Shown piece after piece: positions 12,371-23,962 of a stretch of 64,000 bases of DNA. The stretch's first letter is position 1. Every line of letters starts with the position of its first letter. Source of the DNA: Pseudovirgaria hyperparasitica (lineage: Eukaryota); the NCBI GenBank assembly GCA_010093815.1, contig ML996577.1; one strand, given 5' to 3'. The translations under genes and the position numbers were made by a program. The notes below the pieces were generated by a model that saw only the letters and a program-made list of their open reading frames with translations, was not told where the DNA came from and made no database searches.

Positions 12371-14821
12371 CTATCGAGCAGCCTCTATAAGCCTCACACT
12401 CTTATTCCCCTCCGGTGCCCACCATCTACACTCCCTGCTATGCCTATGGTTGCCATCCCTCCTTACCGCATTATAATCACACAAGCACAGCCAACAAAAT
12501 TCCCACCGACACTTACGACATGTCATATGATCACACCCGTGATTCTTCTCGATCCAATACCCACATCCCTTTCCTGGACACTGCTTCGCAGTCTCTTTGA
12601 TCGTACTCTCACTCTCTGCATCTTCTTTCGCACGCTGCTTCGCCTTCGCTTCGGAAGAGAGGCGCTTGTCATAGGCAGCGCATGTTTCGCCTACGTGCCA
12701 TGACATTTTATGAGTTAGACACCATGAGACGGTGCAGGATACGCATGTCATGATGGGGTTTGAGGATGGGGAAGGGTGGATCTGGCCGGATGTGCAGGTG
12801 GGAGAGAGGCAAAAATGGAAATCAGGGTCGGAAGACAAGAATGAGCGGGTTGCGAGGGCATCGAATCTGTGTTTGATGTCAGAGTTTGCTATGTGAAAGG
12901 GCACGAAAGAAATGACAGACCGCTCAAACGTCGCGTTGGTCGCGAGGGAACGTATCTCTGCATGTTCGAGAAGAATGAGACATTCAGGACAGCGGATCTT
13001 GTCCCATCCTTTTGACTCGAGTTCGCTTGCGATCCATGCTTGTATGCAATCTGTACAACATGATGGTTCGTGTGCACATTTTGTGGAGATCTGACCAGGA
13101 TAGTCGTACGGTGCACATGTGTCGCCACAAATTATGCAATCACGACCTTGGAGACCTGCTCTGATTGGAGTGAGTGTATCGATATCTGAAGGCGCCTTAT
13201 CGAGACCGACGAGATCATTGCCATCGTGCAGGTCAAGAAAGGGAGGAGTGGGCACCGAAAGTAATTGAGACGGCGCATCGCTGAGATGCACAATGATTCT
13301 ACGTTGGCCAGTGGACGAGGGGAAATGAACCTTTGCAGTATCTAATTCCAAAACTTGCGTGCCGTGGAACAGTCGTATGTTTTGAGTAATTGAAACGTTG
13401 AAAACTCGCCTCGCTTCTTCTCTGACGTCTCTTATAGTAAGAGTTCCTTTGCTGATAATGCCCTCGTCGAAGTAAATGTGCTCGGTCCAGTTACGTGCTG
13501 GTAAGTGCAAGGCGATTGAATCACGAAGGTGGACCTTGATAGTTGGCCATCGTCTCCGATCCGAGTCCGGGTCATCCGAAGAATACCATGATTGCATCGG
13601 CTTGAGGTCTATGAGTGGCCCATCAATGAACTTTAGTTCGATGCACTCTAAAGATTTGACATCGGCGAGTTGTCGCAGAACGTGGTGCTTTAGATGTTCA
13701 AGACGGATTTGTCCAGATACCCACAGTTCTCTTTCACATTCTGATTGCCAGACCTGTCCAGCTTGATCTCCACTCTCTATCCGGAAGGTCGTTATTACGT
13801 TGGTTCTGTGTCGCGAACTGCCTGCATCGCCAAGCCGATGCAAAATATCAGGAACAACAGCCGTTACCTGGGAAGGAGTAGCATTGGTTAGCATTAAGGA
13901 AGTGTGACTTGGTGGTACGCGTGGCGCGATCAACGATCTACGAAGTGATGGATTAGAGTTTCTTCTTGATAGCCTTTGGTTTTCAAGGTTGTTTCTTTTC
14001 TTTGCAAGGACGATAGAGCCATCGTCGTTCAGGTGCACTGCGAGCGGCAGGGACGTGATTCGAAGCTCCACTCTCTCAATACCATATGATTGTAATAGTT
14101 TATCGTCAAGACGTAGGAGGAACTGCGATGGTATGAAGCAGGTGAAAGGTCGATTGCCCCATTGGCGTTTGATTGCTCCTGCGCTCCGATCATTATTATT
14201 GAGAATGCGACCGTTGATGACAAGCTTGAGAGATTTCGAACAAGGCATGCTGAGCCTCATAGCGATACGTTCTTTCAAGTCCCCAATGGTCATATCATTG
14301 TGGTTTATACTGGAGCCGGTCAGATCTTGCTTCGTTGTCAGATTTTGTTTCCTGACGTCTTCGACTGCTACACTTTGTGGCATTTGGCTGGAGAGTGGTC
14401 TATGCACCATGGTAGAAGGATATGGACGTGTTGCTAGAGTCGATAAGGGGGTGGAAGACGCTCTCGTACGTTGTGAACGCCAAAATGGTTGTTCATGTCC
14501 TGGTCCTGATGTATTCCGATGTGGTGTCTTAGGCCGGCTTGATATATTCTCGTTCCCAGGGAGATGCATCTGAGCCGAATGTTGTACCGAACAAGTGTCT
14601 AAAGGGAACACTAGGACCTTCTGCATCCCCATGAGTGCCGACTGAGTTGACACATCGAGGGTGGTTCCATTCGCATTTGACGCTTTGTCGACGAACTTGC
14701 GGCCAAATATCTTTTTGATAACAGCTGTCCTCGACTTTGTTTGCTCACGTTCAACATTCTTCATAGCTTTGTGAATATCTGTCCGAGTATCAAAATGCTC
14801 CACGAAGGACGTGACTTCCAT
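12371..14821 (-). CDS. RBR-type E3 ubiquitin ligase (RING1-IBR-RING2) with putative N-terminal ubiquitin-like repeats
   Basis: RING1 CIIC...CAH...CTDC...CPEC; IBR CLSPTC...CVSC...CLTH...H...C; RING2 KQCPGKGC...IEKNHGCDHMTCRKCRWEFCWLC with catalytic Cys. Probable in-frame intron 12867-12920. Start codon uncertain. Confidence 0.9.
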   Translation of the reverse strand: MEVTSFVEHFDTRTDIHKAMKNVEREQTKSRTAVIKKIFGRKFVDKASNANGTTLDVSTQSALMGMQKVLVFPLDTCSVQHSAQMHLPGNENISSRPKTPHRNTSGPGHEQPFWRSQRTRASSTPLSTLATRPYPSTMVHRPLSSQMPQSVAVEDVRKQNLTTKQDLTGSSINHNDMTIGDLKERIAMRLSMPCSKSLKLVINGRILNNNDRSAGAIKRQWGNRPFTCFIPSQFLLRLDDKLLQSYGIERVELRITSLPLAVHLNDDGSIVLAKKRNNLENQRLSRRNSNPSLRRSLIAPRVPPSHTSLMLTNATPSQVTAVVPDILHRLGDAGSSRHRTNVITTFRIESGDQAGQVWQSECERELWVSGQIRLEHLKHHVLRQLADVKSLECIELKFIDGPLIDLKPMQSWYSSDDPDSDRRRWPTIKVHLRDSIALHLPARNWTEHIYFDEGIISKGTLTIRDVREEARRVFNVSITQNIRLFHGTQVLELDTAKVHFPSSTGQRRIIVHLSDAPSQLLSVPTPPFLDLHDGNDLVGLDKAPSDIDTLTPIRAGLQGRDCIICGDTCAPYDYPGQISTKCAHEPSCCTDCIQAWIASELESKGWDKIRCPECLILLEHAEIRSLATNATFERSVISFVPFHIANSDIKHRFDALATRSFLSSDPDFHFCLSPTCTSGQIHPSPSSNPIMTCVSCTVSWCLTHKMSWHVGETCAAYDKRLSSEAKAKQRAKEDAESESTIKETAKQCPGKGCGYWIEKNHGCDHMTCRKCRWEFCWLCLCDYNAVRRDGNHRHSRECRWWAPEGNKSVRLIEAAR

Positions 14822-15659
14822 TTTTTAGATAGTCGTGCTCGTTCTTGATTTTTTTCCCGGTTGCTCCGATACTGATGCTGACACTCCTGTAGAATGAAGA
14901 TGCCAGGAATGGTCGAGAAACAGCTATGCAAAGATGTGTTATAACCGGGCAGTCAGATACAGAGTAACACATCAACTTGGATATGGCTGTGCGAACCCTG
15001 GGTCGTGGCAGTGCTGGGACAGGCTGCGAACAGAACACTATTGTTCTAACATTTCGTGCTTCCTTGTAGAAGAAAACCTCGATACGCAAGGCTTGAATTT
15101 GGGTAGGAAGATGAAACAACCACACGATCTTTAACTTGTGAGTTCATGCATCATAAACGCGTCAAAGAACTGCGTTATTGATTCTAAGATACGAGAACTC
15201 TCGAAACAAACATGCTAGTGTCACGTTGTGTAAGACTGCACGATAGTACCCTGACAATAGTGAGAATATCAACGACCTCCTAGACACCGGACCTACCATG
15301 ACCTGTGCCCACGCAAAGATTAACTCTTACGTAGCGCTAGGTCCAAGCACATATGACACTCAATGCTGGAGGTTGAGCAAGTCTGCCTGGCGAGGCTGTT
15401 TGGCTCTCGCAACTCACAAGGCTGACTGCGGCCGGTAGACTGTGGGGCTTCGGCTTGTGAGTATGACAGCTAAGCGTGCGCACGTGTTCGGTATGGTGAG
15501 ATCTTACTCGATCACATATTCGGCTATGCGCCGATATTTCTCCAACGGTCTTGTACTATTGAGTCTAGTGAACGGCGTTGGTTGAAAAGAGGAGGCAGTG
15601 GTTTCCCCGACTCTGGGTGATTAGAACCTGACTCCACTCTTGGCGTTTTTCGAGTTCGG

Positions 15660-16235
15660 GACTAACCCGTTCTAGAGTTTTGATTTCAACCTCTCTACCT
15701 CTATACGTGTTGATATTTTAGCATACCTATGTAGACTTACAGAGTATGATAAGGTAGTCAATTCTGTATACTTCTTAAGCTCTAAACTCTCGAGCTCAGT
15801 CGGTCCTTAAGAACGAAGAAGAAGTGAGTTTTTCTGAAAATCAACTACGTTATTACCGTCCAATGCAGCCGTCGAAGGCGCTATATCGAATTCGTCGTTT
15901 TTCTAGAACCTACCGAGCTTAGCATTTTTCATTTAACGTGTATATTATTTTTAAGCTCTAAACTCTCTAACCTAGTCTATAATGAGAGGACTTCTTTTCT
16001 TAAAGAAGAGAAAGGAGATAGTTTTCCTATAACCTAACGCGGTTCTCGTATAGGCCCTCTCCAAGAACTTCTAGGGAATTATTAAAGATTCTTCTCCATC
16101 TCTCTAAAGAGGCTTTATCGTGATAAAATAAATCCATAAAGGGATAATAATATATCTAGTTATCTATCACATCTACTTTTAATACTCTTATATATTTAGA
16201 CATAAGCGTAAAAGTAGAATAAGCTTAAGATAGGA
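15660..16235. repeat. AT-rich, TpA-rich relic, probably RIP-degraded repeat or gene
   Basis: No ORF; rising AT and TA/TAG content; exact 17-bp direct repeat TTAAGCTCTAAACTCTC at 15775-15791 and 15951-15967. Boundaries approximate. Confidence 0.55.
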
Positions 16236-16386
16236 AGAGGGGGACACGTGTAACGAGTGCGTAGCTCGTCAGGCTCTATGAAAAACGACGCATATGCTAA
16301 ACCTAGCCACGTAACTCTGCTTCACTCGCCTTCTGTGGGCTGTTCTTGGGTCTTCATTTCAAGACTACTTTTCTTCTCTGGCCATC

Positions 16387-17703
16387 TTACGCACCCTCAA
16401 ACCATTTATGTGCCAATGCTTCGCGTGCCGTGATTCTCTTCTCCGGATCAAAGTTCGTCATAGCACAAATAAGATCCTTGAGTTCTTCATCGACGTCTCC
16501 CCAGAGGGAGAATGGTCTGCGCGGGTTGTCTTTGTTGAAACCATCCCGAGTTACTTCAAAAACGGGAACCCAAGGATTGTCGCCAAGATGCTTTAGGAAC
16601 CCACTCAGTCCGTCCGCATCTGCAAAGTACGAAATTTGGCGTTCGATTACCACGGCCAAACGCTCCACACCCTCGTCCAGCTCCTCTTCCCCAACGGCAA
16701 AGATAACGCGTTTATGCACCGCGTAAATGCACTACATAATAGAAGAAGTGAGCAGCAATCTCAAGATCCAAGATCCTGTAATGCAGAAACTTACAACAAG
16801 GGCGAAAGAGAAAATGTCAGACGGCTTATCCACCGGTCCTCGGGCGTGTGCTTCGGGACTCCTCCACATCCAGTTACCTGCCTGTTTTCCTACCATATGT
16901 GTACCGGGGGGGATTTGTGCGGCATCCTCAAGATCCCCAAGCTGGACTTGCTCGATAACTATTCCGCCCTGATGCTCTTTCCAATCGATAAGAATATTGT
17001 CCGGCTTAATATCTGTCTAAAATAAGTCACTGTTCACCACAGAAGAATAGAAGCTACCCGTATGGATAATATCATGGTCGTGCAGTTCGGCGAGTCCACG
17101 AAGTGCATCTTTTAGGATCCGTTTTGTCACTGTAAGGGGCAAGTCCTTTTGAACGAGGCGGAGAAGATGATCGGCGAAGTACTGGAAAATGAACATGGAC
17201 TTCTCGGGGATAGTGTCCTTGACAAGGCGGACATAATTAGTGCTACCCCGTAGCTTATTGTTTATGTCTTGAAGGTCATCAAAATTGACCTCGTGAACAT
17301 ACTTCAGTATGAAATTTTGGTTGCTGGCACTGAGGAAACAGTAAGCTGGTAAACCAAAGCGAGGCGTGATTAGGTTCACTTGCGTAGCGAGATAAACCCG
17401 GCGTAATGGAAATGTTTCTTCCTGAAGCACCCGTTCGATGCTGTAATGACAACCCGACTGGCCAATATACACCTGAGAGTCTACCTGGGCAGATGATGTT
17501 GACCTTGTATTGCGATGAATCGGCCAGACAATGGCTGGGGTTCTTGGTAAAGCGAGCGTGCGGTTAATGAGTCGTAGTGTGGCGAGGTTAGAATATATCC
17601 AACTTCTGCAAGAGCGAATGGCCAGGGGAGAAAGAGAGCGTAGTGATAGCATTAGAGGCGATGACGTTAGAGAAGGCCGTAACATAGATACTATTGATGT
17701 CAC
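16387..17703 (-). CDS. Ser/Thr protein kinase (fungal CMGC/SRPK-like), multi-exon
   Basis: Spliced reading gives LRGLAELHDHDIIHTDIKPDNIL, VQLGDLED, GNWMWRSPEAH, SDIFSF and DPEKRITAREALAHKWF; N-terminus is Arg/Ser/Leu-rich. Confidence 0.88.
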
Positions 17704-18802
17704 ATTTTCGTCTGAGACAAGTGCGCGTCACGTGGTCACGTGTAGCTTAAGTCGCGTATATAAGTAATGTGCTCCGCCTTCGCAGTGTTAGCTACATGAT
17801 TCGACCCTCATTTTGTAGTAGTACAGTACGTAGAACCTGGACCTTACACATCACTTTGTAAATACACAATCGTTAACGATGGTTCGAGATAATTATGTGA
17901 ACCTAATCAATCGGATGCCACGGGACATGGTCTCGTACGTGGAATGCATAAGAGATGGATCACAAAGAGAGATAAAATCTCCACTATAGGAGTCATCATA
18001 TATCACATCTGTCCATAGTCGACAGAATTCCAACCACGCGCCTATATACAATAACGCACCTCCCCTCGTTTCAGCCATTATGATCTCCGCCGGGCGCGCC
18101 ACGGCTCTACAAGCATAGAGGCGACGATTCACACTATGGTCTTCTAGTCTTAGCGGCATCAAAGTATACCAATAATGCGCCATTATCGATTGCATCTTTT
18201 TCTACAATTTAGTACTACTGTTAATTGGAGACTAATCTGCGGAAGGGTCTCGTTGCAACTTCTGTCAGTATTACTACTGGCTAGATCTAACCCACTACAG
18301 TTGCACAGCATACCAGGATTGCTATAGCGAGTCTGCAGCCTAAACGCTTATGCCCACCCTGGACTGGCAGATCTAAGCGATAGTGGTTGCTCAGCGACGG
18401 TAAGCAAGCGGTTCGAGTGAGGAACCAAAACATACTACGCAACCTGGAAATCGTATGTTTAGACTATTGTGAGCTGTAATCGAAGTAGCTTCGAAGTCCT
18501 TGTAGGGATTCTAATTGACACCAGTCTTCTCCGTATCTATGTAAGACTTTCGAGTAGGTCTTAAGCACTCGTGAACTGGCGGATATCAGTCATCTTGGAA
18601 TTGGACAGCCTCTAACCTATACTAGCGATGTCGTCGCCGAGACAAAGACGAACAGAATTAGGGCCGTTTGGATTACTTTTCTCGAGTAGGAGCTTTTGTC
18701 GACATATGAGCAGCAATATTCACATGGGTGAACATTGGAAAAAGGCTAGACGGATTACAGATCATCCAGTCAACATTATTCTGCTCTGAGATCCGGACTT
18801 GT

Positions 18803-20285
18803 TCACTGGATTGGGAACCAGTGTCCAAACCGGTTCTGCGGATCAAACTGCTTCTTGAGCTCTCTAAGACGAGGCAAATTTGTACTATACACAATCTCAT
18901 TCGATTCATCGCCATGCGCGAAGTTTGAATACCTATAAATTGATTAGGCGTATTCCATCTGACCACAGCAAGGAAGAACTTACACCTTTGGCATCTCATA
19001 GCCGTCGTTCTCTCTGAGAATCTGTCGAACCCTCTTGCCAAAAGCTTCGGCCTGCGCATCCAGTGCCTCATCTTCATACGTACCCATAACTATAGTACTA
19101 AACTCCATATCGCGATGCGCATATGCCGTACTATCGACTGGGAAACTTTGTGCTTTGCTTAAATGGTAACGCTCCAGGAGGACTGCTGATAGACTCGCTC
19201 CAGGAAGCTGTTGGAATTTGACAAACTCATTCCAGATAGCACGCCACGTACTTGGGATCATTCTATGGTGGCCAGCACTGTAGACAGGCTTTCGAGGCCC
19301 GCGAGCACAAAATGGGTCTCCTCCAGCGTTCCACTCATTGTACTCTTTCACAGAGTGCTGATCGAACAACGGTCCTATGTCGTACAGTGCCTTGAAGAAA
19401 TCATGGCCCTGTTCTTCGTTGCCATGAAGATAGAAGGGCACGATAAGGACGATTGGGGTGTGCTGTTCGTCCTGCGAAGAGGCCAGGTACATAAACACAT
19501 TGGTATCAGGTGTGAGTTGGAGCTTATCGATGGCTTCTACCACTTGCTCAAGTTTGTCTGGGTGGAACCCGACCAGGGCAGACCACGCTTTGTTTTCCTT
19601 GGGTGTGACTGCAAACGCTTTGACAGTAGCCGAAGTGACGATACCGAAGTTCGGGCCTGCACCACGCATTGCCCAGAAAAGATCCGGCTCACTTGTCATG
19701 GAAACAGTTTTGAGTATACTTTCGGCAGTAACCACACGCAGCGAGACAACGTTGTCCATGCCAAAACTGTGATGACCCATGAGGTATCCATACCCGCCTC
19801 CGAGGTAGGCCCCTATTGTACCAACACAATTACAATTGCCGGTTACGACTTGGACACCGTTGGCATACGCAGCTTCGATGGTATTCTTGACAGTTGAGCC
19901 GCCACCGATAGTAGCCAATGTTTTGTCTTCATTCACAGTGAAATGATCCAATCCAGCGAGATTTATGATGACTCCCTCATCATCAAGACCAAAAGAAGAG
20001 CTCCAGCCGTTTGCACCATTCTGCGCGAGAAAAGGAATGGCTTTGGAATTACAGAACCGTACCTACGCAGTGTCAACCGTATGCCTAGGGCGTTGAATGT
20101 GGAGTGCGCACTGTCGTCTCTACATCCTCTTCACAGCCAGCATTTACAACAATCTTCGCTCTCGGTTGCTTGTATGTGCTCCATCTTAGAGGAGCGTCGG
20201 AGCCGGGTGATGCAGTGCTTTGGTCAGTAAGCTGTCTTGAAAGCTCGACCATATGATGTTGGACGTCGGACTCTGACGCAGACAT
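18803..20285 (-). CDS. FAD-linked oxidoreductase (berberine bridge enzyme / VAO-like)
   Basis: QNGANGW flavin loop, VGTIGAYLGGGYG, DLFWAMRGAGPNFGIVT; last exon YSNFAHGDE...RLRELKKQFDPQNRF (BBE C-terminal motif) ending at TGA 18803. Confidence 0.9.
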
Positions 20286-22798
20286 TCTTGACGATAAGGT
20301 CTTACGTATTGACAGCGTAGATAGAATTGGAAGAACGTAATAATGGTGGGAAGTAGCAGGGTTATATACCGTGTGCACCTCGCAAGCTTATGCAACATAC
20401 CAACAATTCGAACAGGGTCTGTGCGAGGCCGTGTGTTGTATGCTGACTGAAAGACTTAAGCAGCGGAGGCTTTAGGCAACCCACGAAGATCTAAGGGCTC
20501 TGCAGGTGTATTTTGGTGACGCCCCGAGCCATGGCAAGGAACTTACGAATACCTAACGATTCTTGGTCCTGTCAATTCAATCAAGGCTTAGATGGCGTGC
20601 AACGAGATCACACACTGATCTCCACGTTCAATATCTCGGAAGCATGATGATAGTGACAGCTCCCATTGCCTCTGTGCTATCCCACAAGACTCGCTGGTCT
20701 TACAAAGCTTATAGAATCCGTTCCTGCTCGAAAGCATTAGACGTCAGACTCCTGTAGTGTCTTTAGTAACATCCAAGATGGTCTAATAATAGTGCTTGAT
20801 ATCCTGCAAACCAACACTGACATCAAAAGTAGGGCGACTGACAAGTGCTTATGGAATCTCGATGGGCGAAGTGCGTGAGACGGGTAATTAGATAGGAGAC
20901 GATCATTACGTCGGGTCCACATTTAAGAAGGCTCCGAATCTATGGATGAATTTGCTGCTCCGAATAAACTCAAAAACTCAAAAGGGAGCTCACGGACCTG
21001 TCAGCACAAAACGCACAAGGTAATTAATTATCATGCGCTATCACTCAAAAACAGAGATGGCGTCCCTACGACGAGTTGTGGCATGTTTGACCACGGGGCA
21101 AGTCCATCCCCAAAAGTCACAGAGTAGCCGTGCTTCTTTTATCGGACAGAATGTGCTTATGCTTGGGGTACGGAGATGGGGCTTCGCAAATTCATGCATC
21201 GACTCAGAGCTCTCGTGTGTCCCTGAGTCAGACAATATTAGTTACGAGCGTCTAGATCACTCTCCACGCATCCCGCTGCAAAGTACCGAATCTCTGTGGC
21301 TGTACAGGAAAATTAGCACACATGTTGTAGGTCACCTGCGGATTCGCACGAGGCAGAATGACCTGTGTGTGAGTACAGTTTGTAGTATTCTGAAAGCATG
21401 AAGTTCTTGATCACCATGCCGCTCGTTTCTCCGTCCTGAAGCACGACAAGGACCAGGCACGAATACGGACACGATTTTACTCAGTCTAGTGGGTCTTGCG
21501 CTGTCGACCCATAGCCAGGAAATGAATTCACGCGGGGTAGAGTACCGAACCCGAACGACAAAGTATCCAGGAAACTTTCGGGAACAGACCCGAAGTCCAT
21601 GTCTCAACAACAATTCAGTTGTACCGTGCCAAAATCGTCTCCGTCATGAATTTGGACAGACAGCGTCTAGCCCACATCACTTGCGAAGGTCGCTGTTATT
21701 CCTCAGTTTGCTATCTGAACACTTCCACTATTCCAATATCACTGAGCGTATGGGCACTGCATTGGGCTAAATTTAGAGATCATCAGCCTTGCTACCAGGG
21801 CTGCGTCGATCTGCTCATAACCGGGCCGTGATTTGGTCGTGATTTGTGACCTGGTAGCGCAGGGACATGCCCGGAGACAATAATGGGGCGCGGCGCGCGA
21901 CTGCCAGTGAAAAACTTGTGGCTTAGTCACTGTGCCACGCTTCCCAACCATTTCATTTTCGCATTGAATCCTGCGTGTTCATCACAGTATTAAGGACTCT
22001 GCTCGTGTATTAAATGGAATCAATGGCATCTGGCGGGCTCATGCCATCGTACCGGAACAGAATCGTGCAGTGCACCAAAAATTGTGGAACGCATCCGCGC
22101 TTTATCTACCGCCCGGAAATGCGGACCAACGAGTCCTTATGTCATAGATGATCTCCCCAACAGCACTACTTAGATATTCAACAGATCGGACACCAGGTTC
22201 ATATTGTGTTGGCAGGCATTCGACTTTTTTGCGCAACGCAAATGAATATATCTAGAGACTAGTGGGTCGCATATGATGGTAATTCACACTATGCGCATAA
22301 GCATCACCATACCCTTGCAAGCAAATGGATATACCACGTGTACACAAACCTTAACAACTGCCGACAATTGCAGCCCGTATAGACTAGGCACATCGTTTCT
22401 TCTCGAGTGCCCTCAAATATTCTGATTGGCCAATCTCGTCCAATAGCGGCAAGTCCATCCACACCACATCATTCTAAGAACGGTCGATCCCAAATCCCAG
22501 TCCCATATCCCCACTATTCCACTCTCTAGTATGATCTGCAACAGGGACGTTATACTAAATCCTGCAGAGCACAACGTGGGTAGCCAACCACGTCGCGCCG
22601 GCATGGGCACTCCGAAGACTCCAGCCGTTTGCAAACTCGTAGCTTTGTGTGCGATGATGTGAATCGTCTGGAAGCAAGGCCCCTGAAGGATACTAAGTGG
22701 GGGAGCAGAGTTTCATTGAAATATATACAAGGCTTGTACGAAGTTCGAAGTCCCTGCCACCGATTATCATCTTGTAAACAATCTGGCCGTTGCCCAGC

Positions 22799-23962
22799 AT
22801 GATAGGCATCAAGAATCGCGGTGTTATGATGGTCGCCATCTTCTGGGTTGAAGTCGCCATCTGCTATGTCTTTGCAGCGTTGAGGTATTACACTCGAGCA
22901 AGAATTGTGCGGAAGGCGGGTGTTGACGACTGGCTTGTTATTGTATCGTGTGTATGTTGTTCCGTCCGTCCAAGTGCTCGAAGCCACTGACAAGGCGTAG
23001 CTTCTCTTTACTATCTACGCGACCCTGATCACTCTATGTTGCCAACATGGCATGGGTCAGCACCTTCTTCATGTGCCGCCTGAAAATTACCTGCCATTCG
23101 CTAAATATCATTTCTTTGCCCTGGACATAATTGCGATTACTGCAATCGCTACTAAAGCTGCCGTTGCGGCTTTCCTCCTTCGACTTGTTCCTTCGACTGT
23201 TGCGACATGGGAGAGGATCTTTTTATGGACGTGTATCGCGACTATGGCGATCGTGAGCACTATGTCAGTCCTAGCTGCTCTACTCAGATGTACTCCGATT
23301 GAACTGGCATGGGATCCATTACAAAGACACCCGTGTCGGTTCGATATTAGACATTTTGTCAAATTGGCAGGTGCATGGACGACGATCGAGGACTTCGTTC
23401 TGGCGATCTTTCCGTGGCTTGTGCTTTGGAATATGCAAATGCGCCGTAAAGAACGACTGCTTGTTGCTATAGGCCTCTCTTTAGGCGGATTGTGAGTACT
23501 TACCTCTACTCTTGAGCTTCTAGACTAAGACGCATATAGGGGTGGCATCTGCAATATCTTCCGGGCTGTTCACATAGACGATCTGTCCGACTCGCCAGAT
23601 AAGACTTGTAAGTAGGCTCTTCGTCGTCATTGAGTCTCTTCTGACAAAATCTAGACGACATGCTCCAACTCGACCTCTGGTCGGCTACAGAGATCACCTT
23701 CTCCGTTGTCTGCTGCACGATTCCCGTCCTCAGACCTTTATACATGCGCGTCCTCGGCCAACTATCCGAGTCCAATCCCTCCGACGATTTCATTCCTTGC
23801 GCAGGCCAACGCGCAGATCACCAGCAAAAAGGCTTCTCGACTCTAAATGACGACCCTGCCACACGCTTGGATGAAGAAGCGAGCATCACTATCGCGCGCA
23901 CACATGAGACGACTAATTCCATAAGCAAAGATGTTGAGCGTGACGTAGAGGCTAAAGGATGA
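22799..23962 (+). CDS. Pth11-like integral membrane protein (fungal rhodopsin-type domain, no CFEM)
   Basis: LRYYTR...GVDDWL, GMGQH, K.AVAAFLLRL, LLRCTPIELAWD, DFVLAIFPW..LWNMQM, WSATEI...CCTIPVLRPL across 4 exons. Confidence 0.85.

Noticed and set aside
19211..19897. 228-aa + strand ORF and many similar antisense ORFs (e.g. 33365-34015, 62748-63515)
   Set aside because: They lie opposite well-supported genes and have no recognisable motifs; shadow ORFs.
20400..22790. Short overlapping ORFs in the long intergenic region
   Set aside because: No motifs or coherent splice structure; treated as a divergent promoter region.
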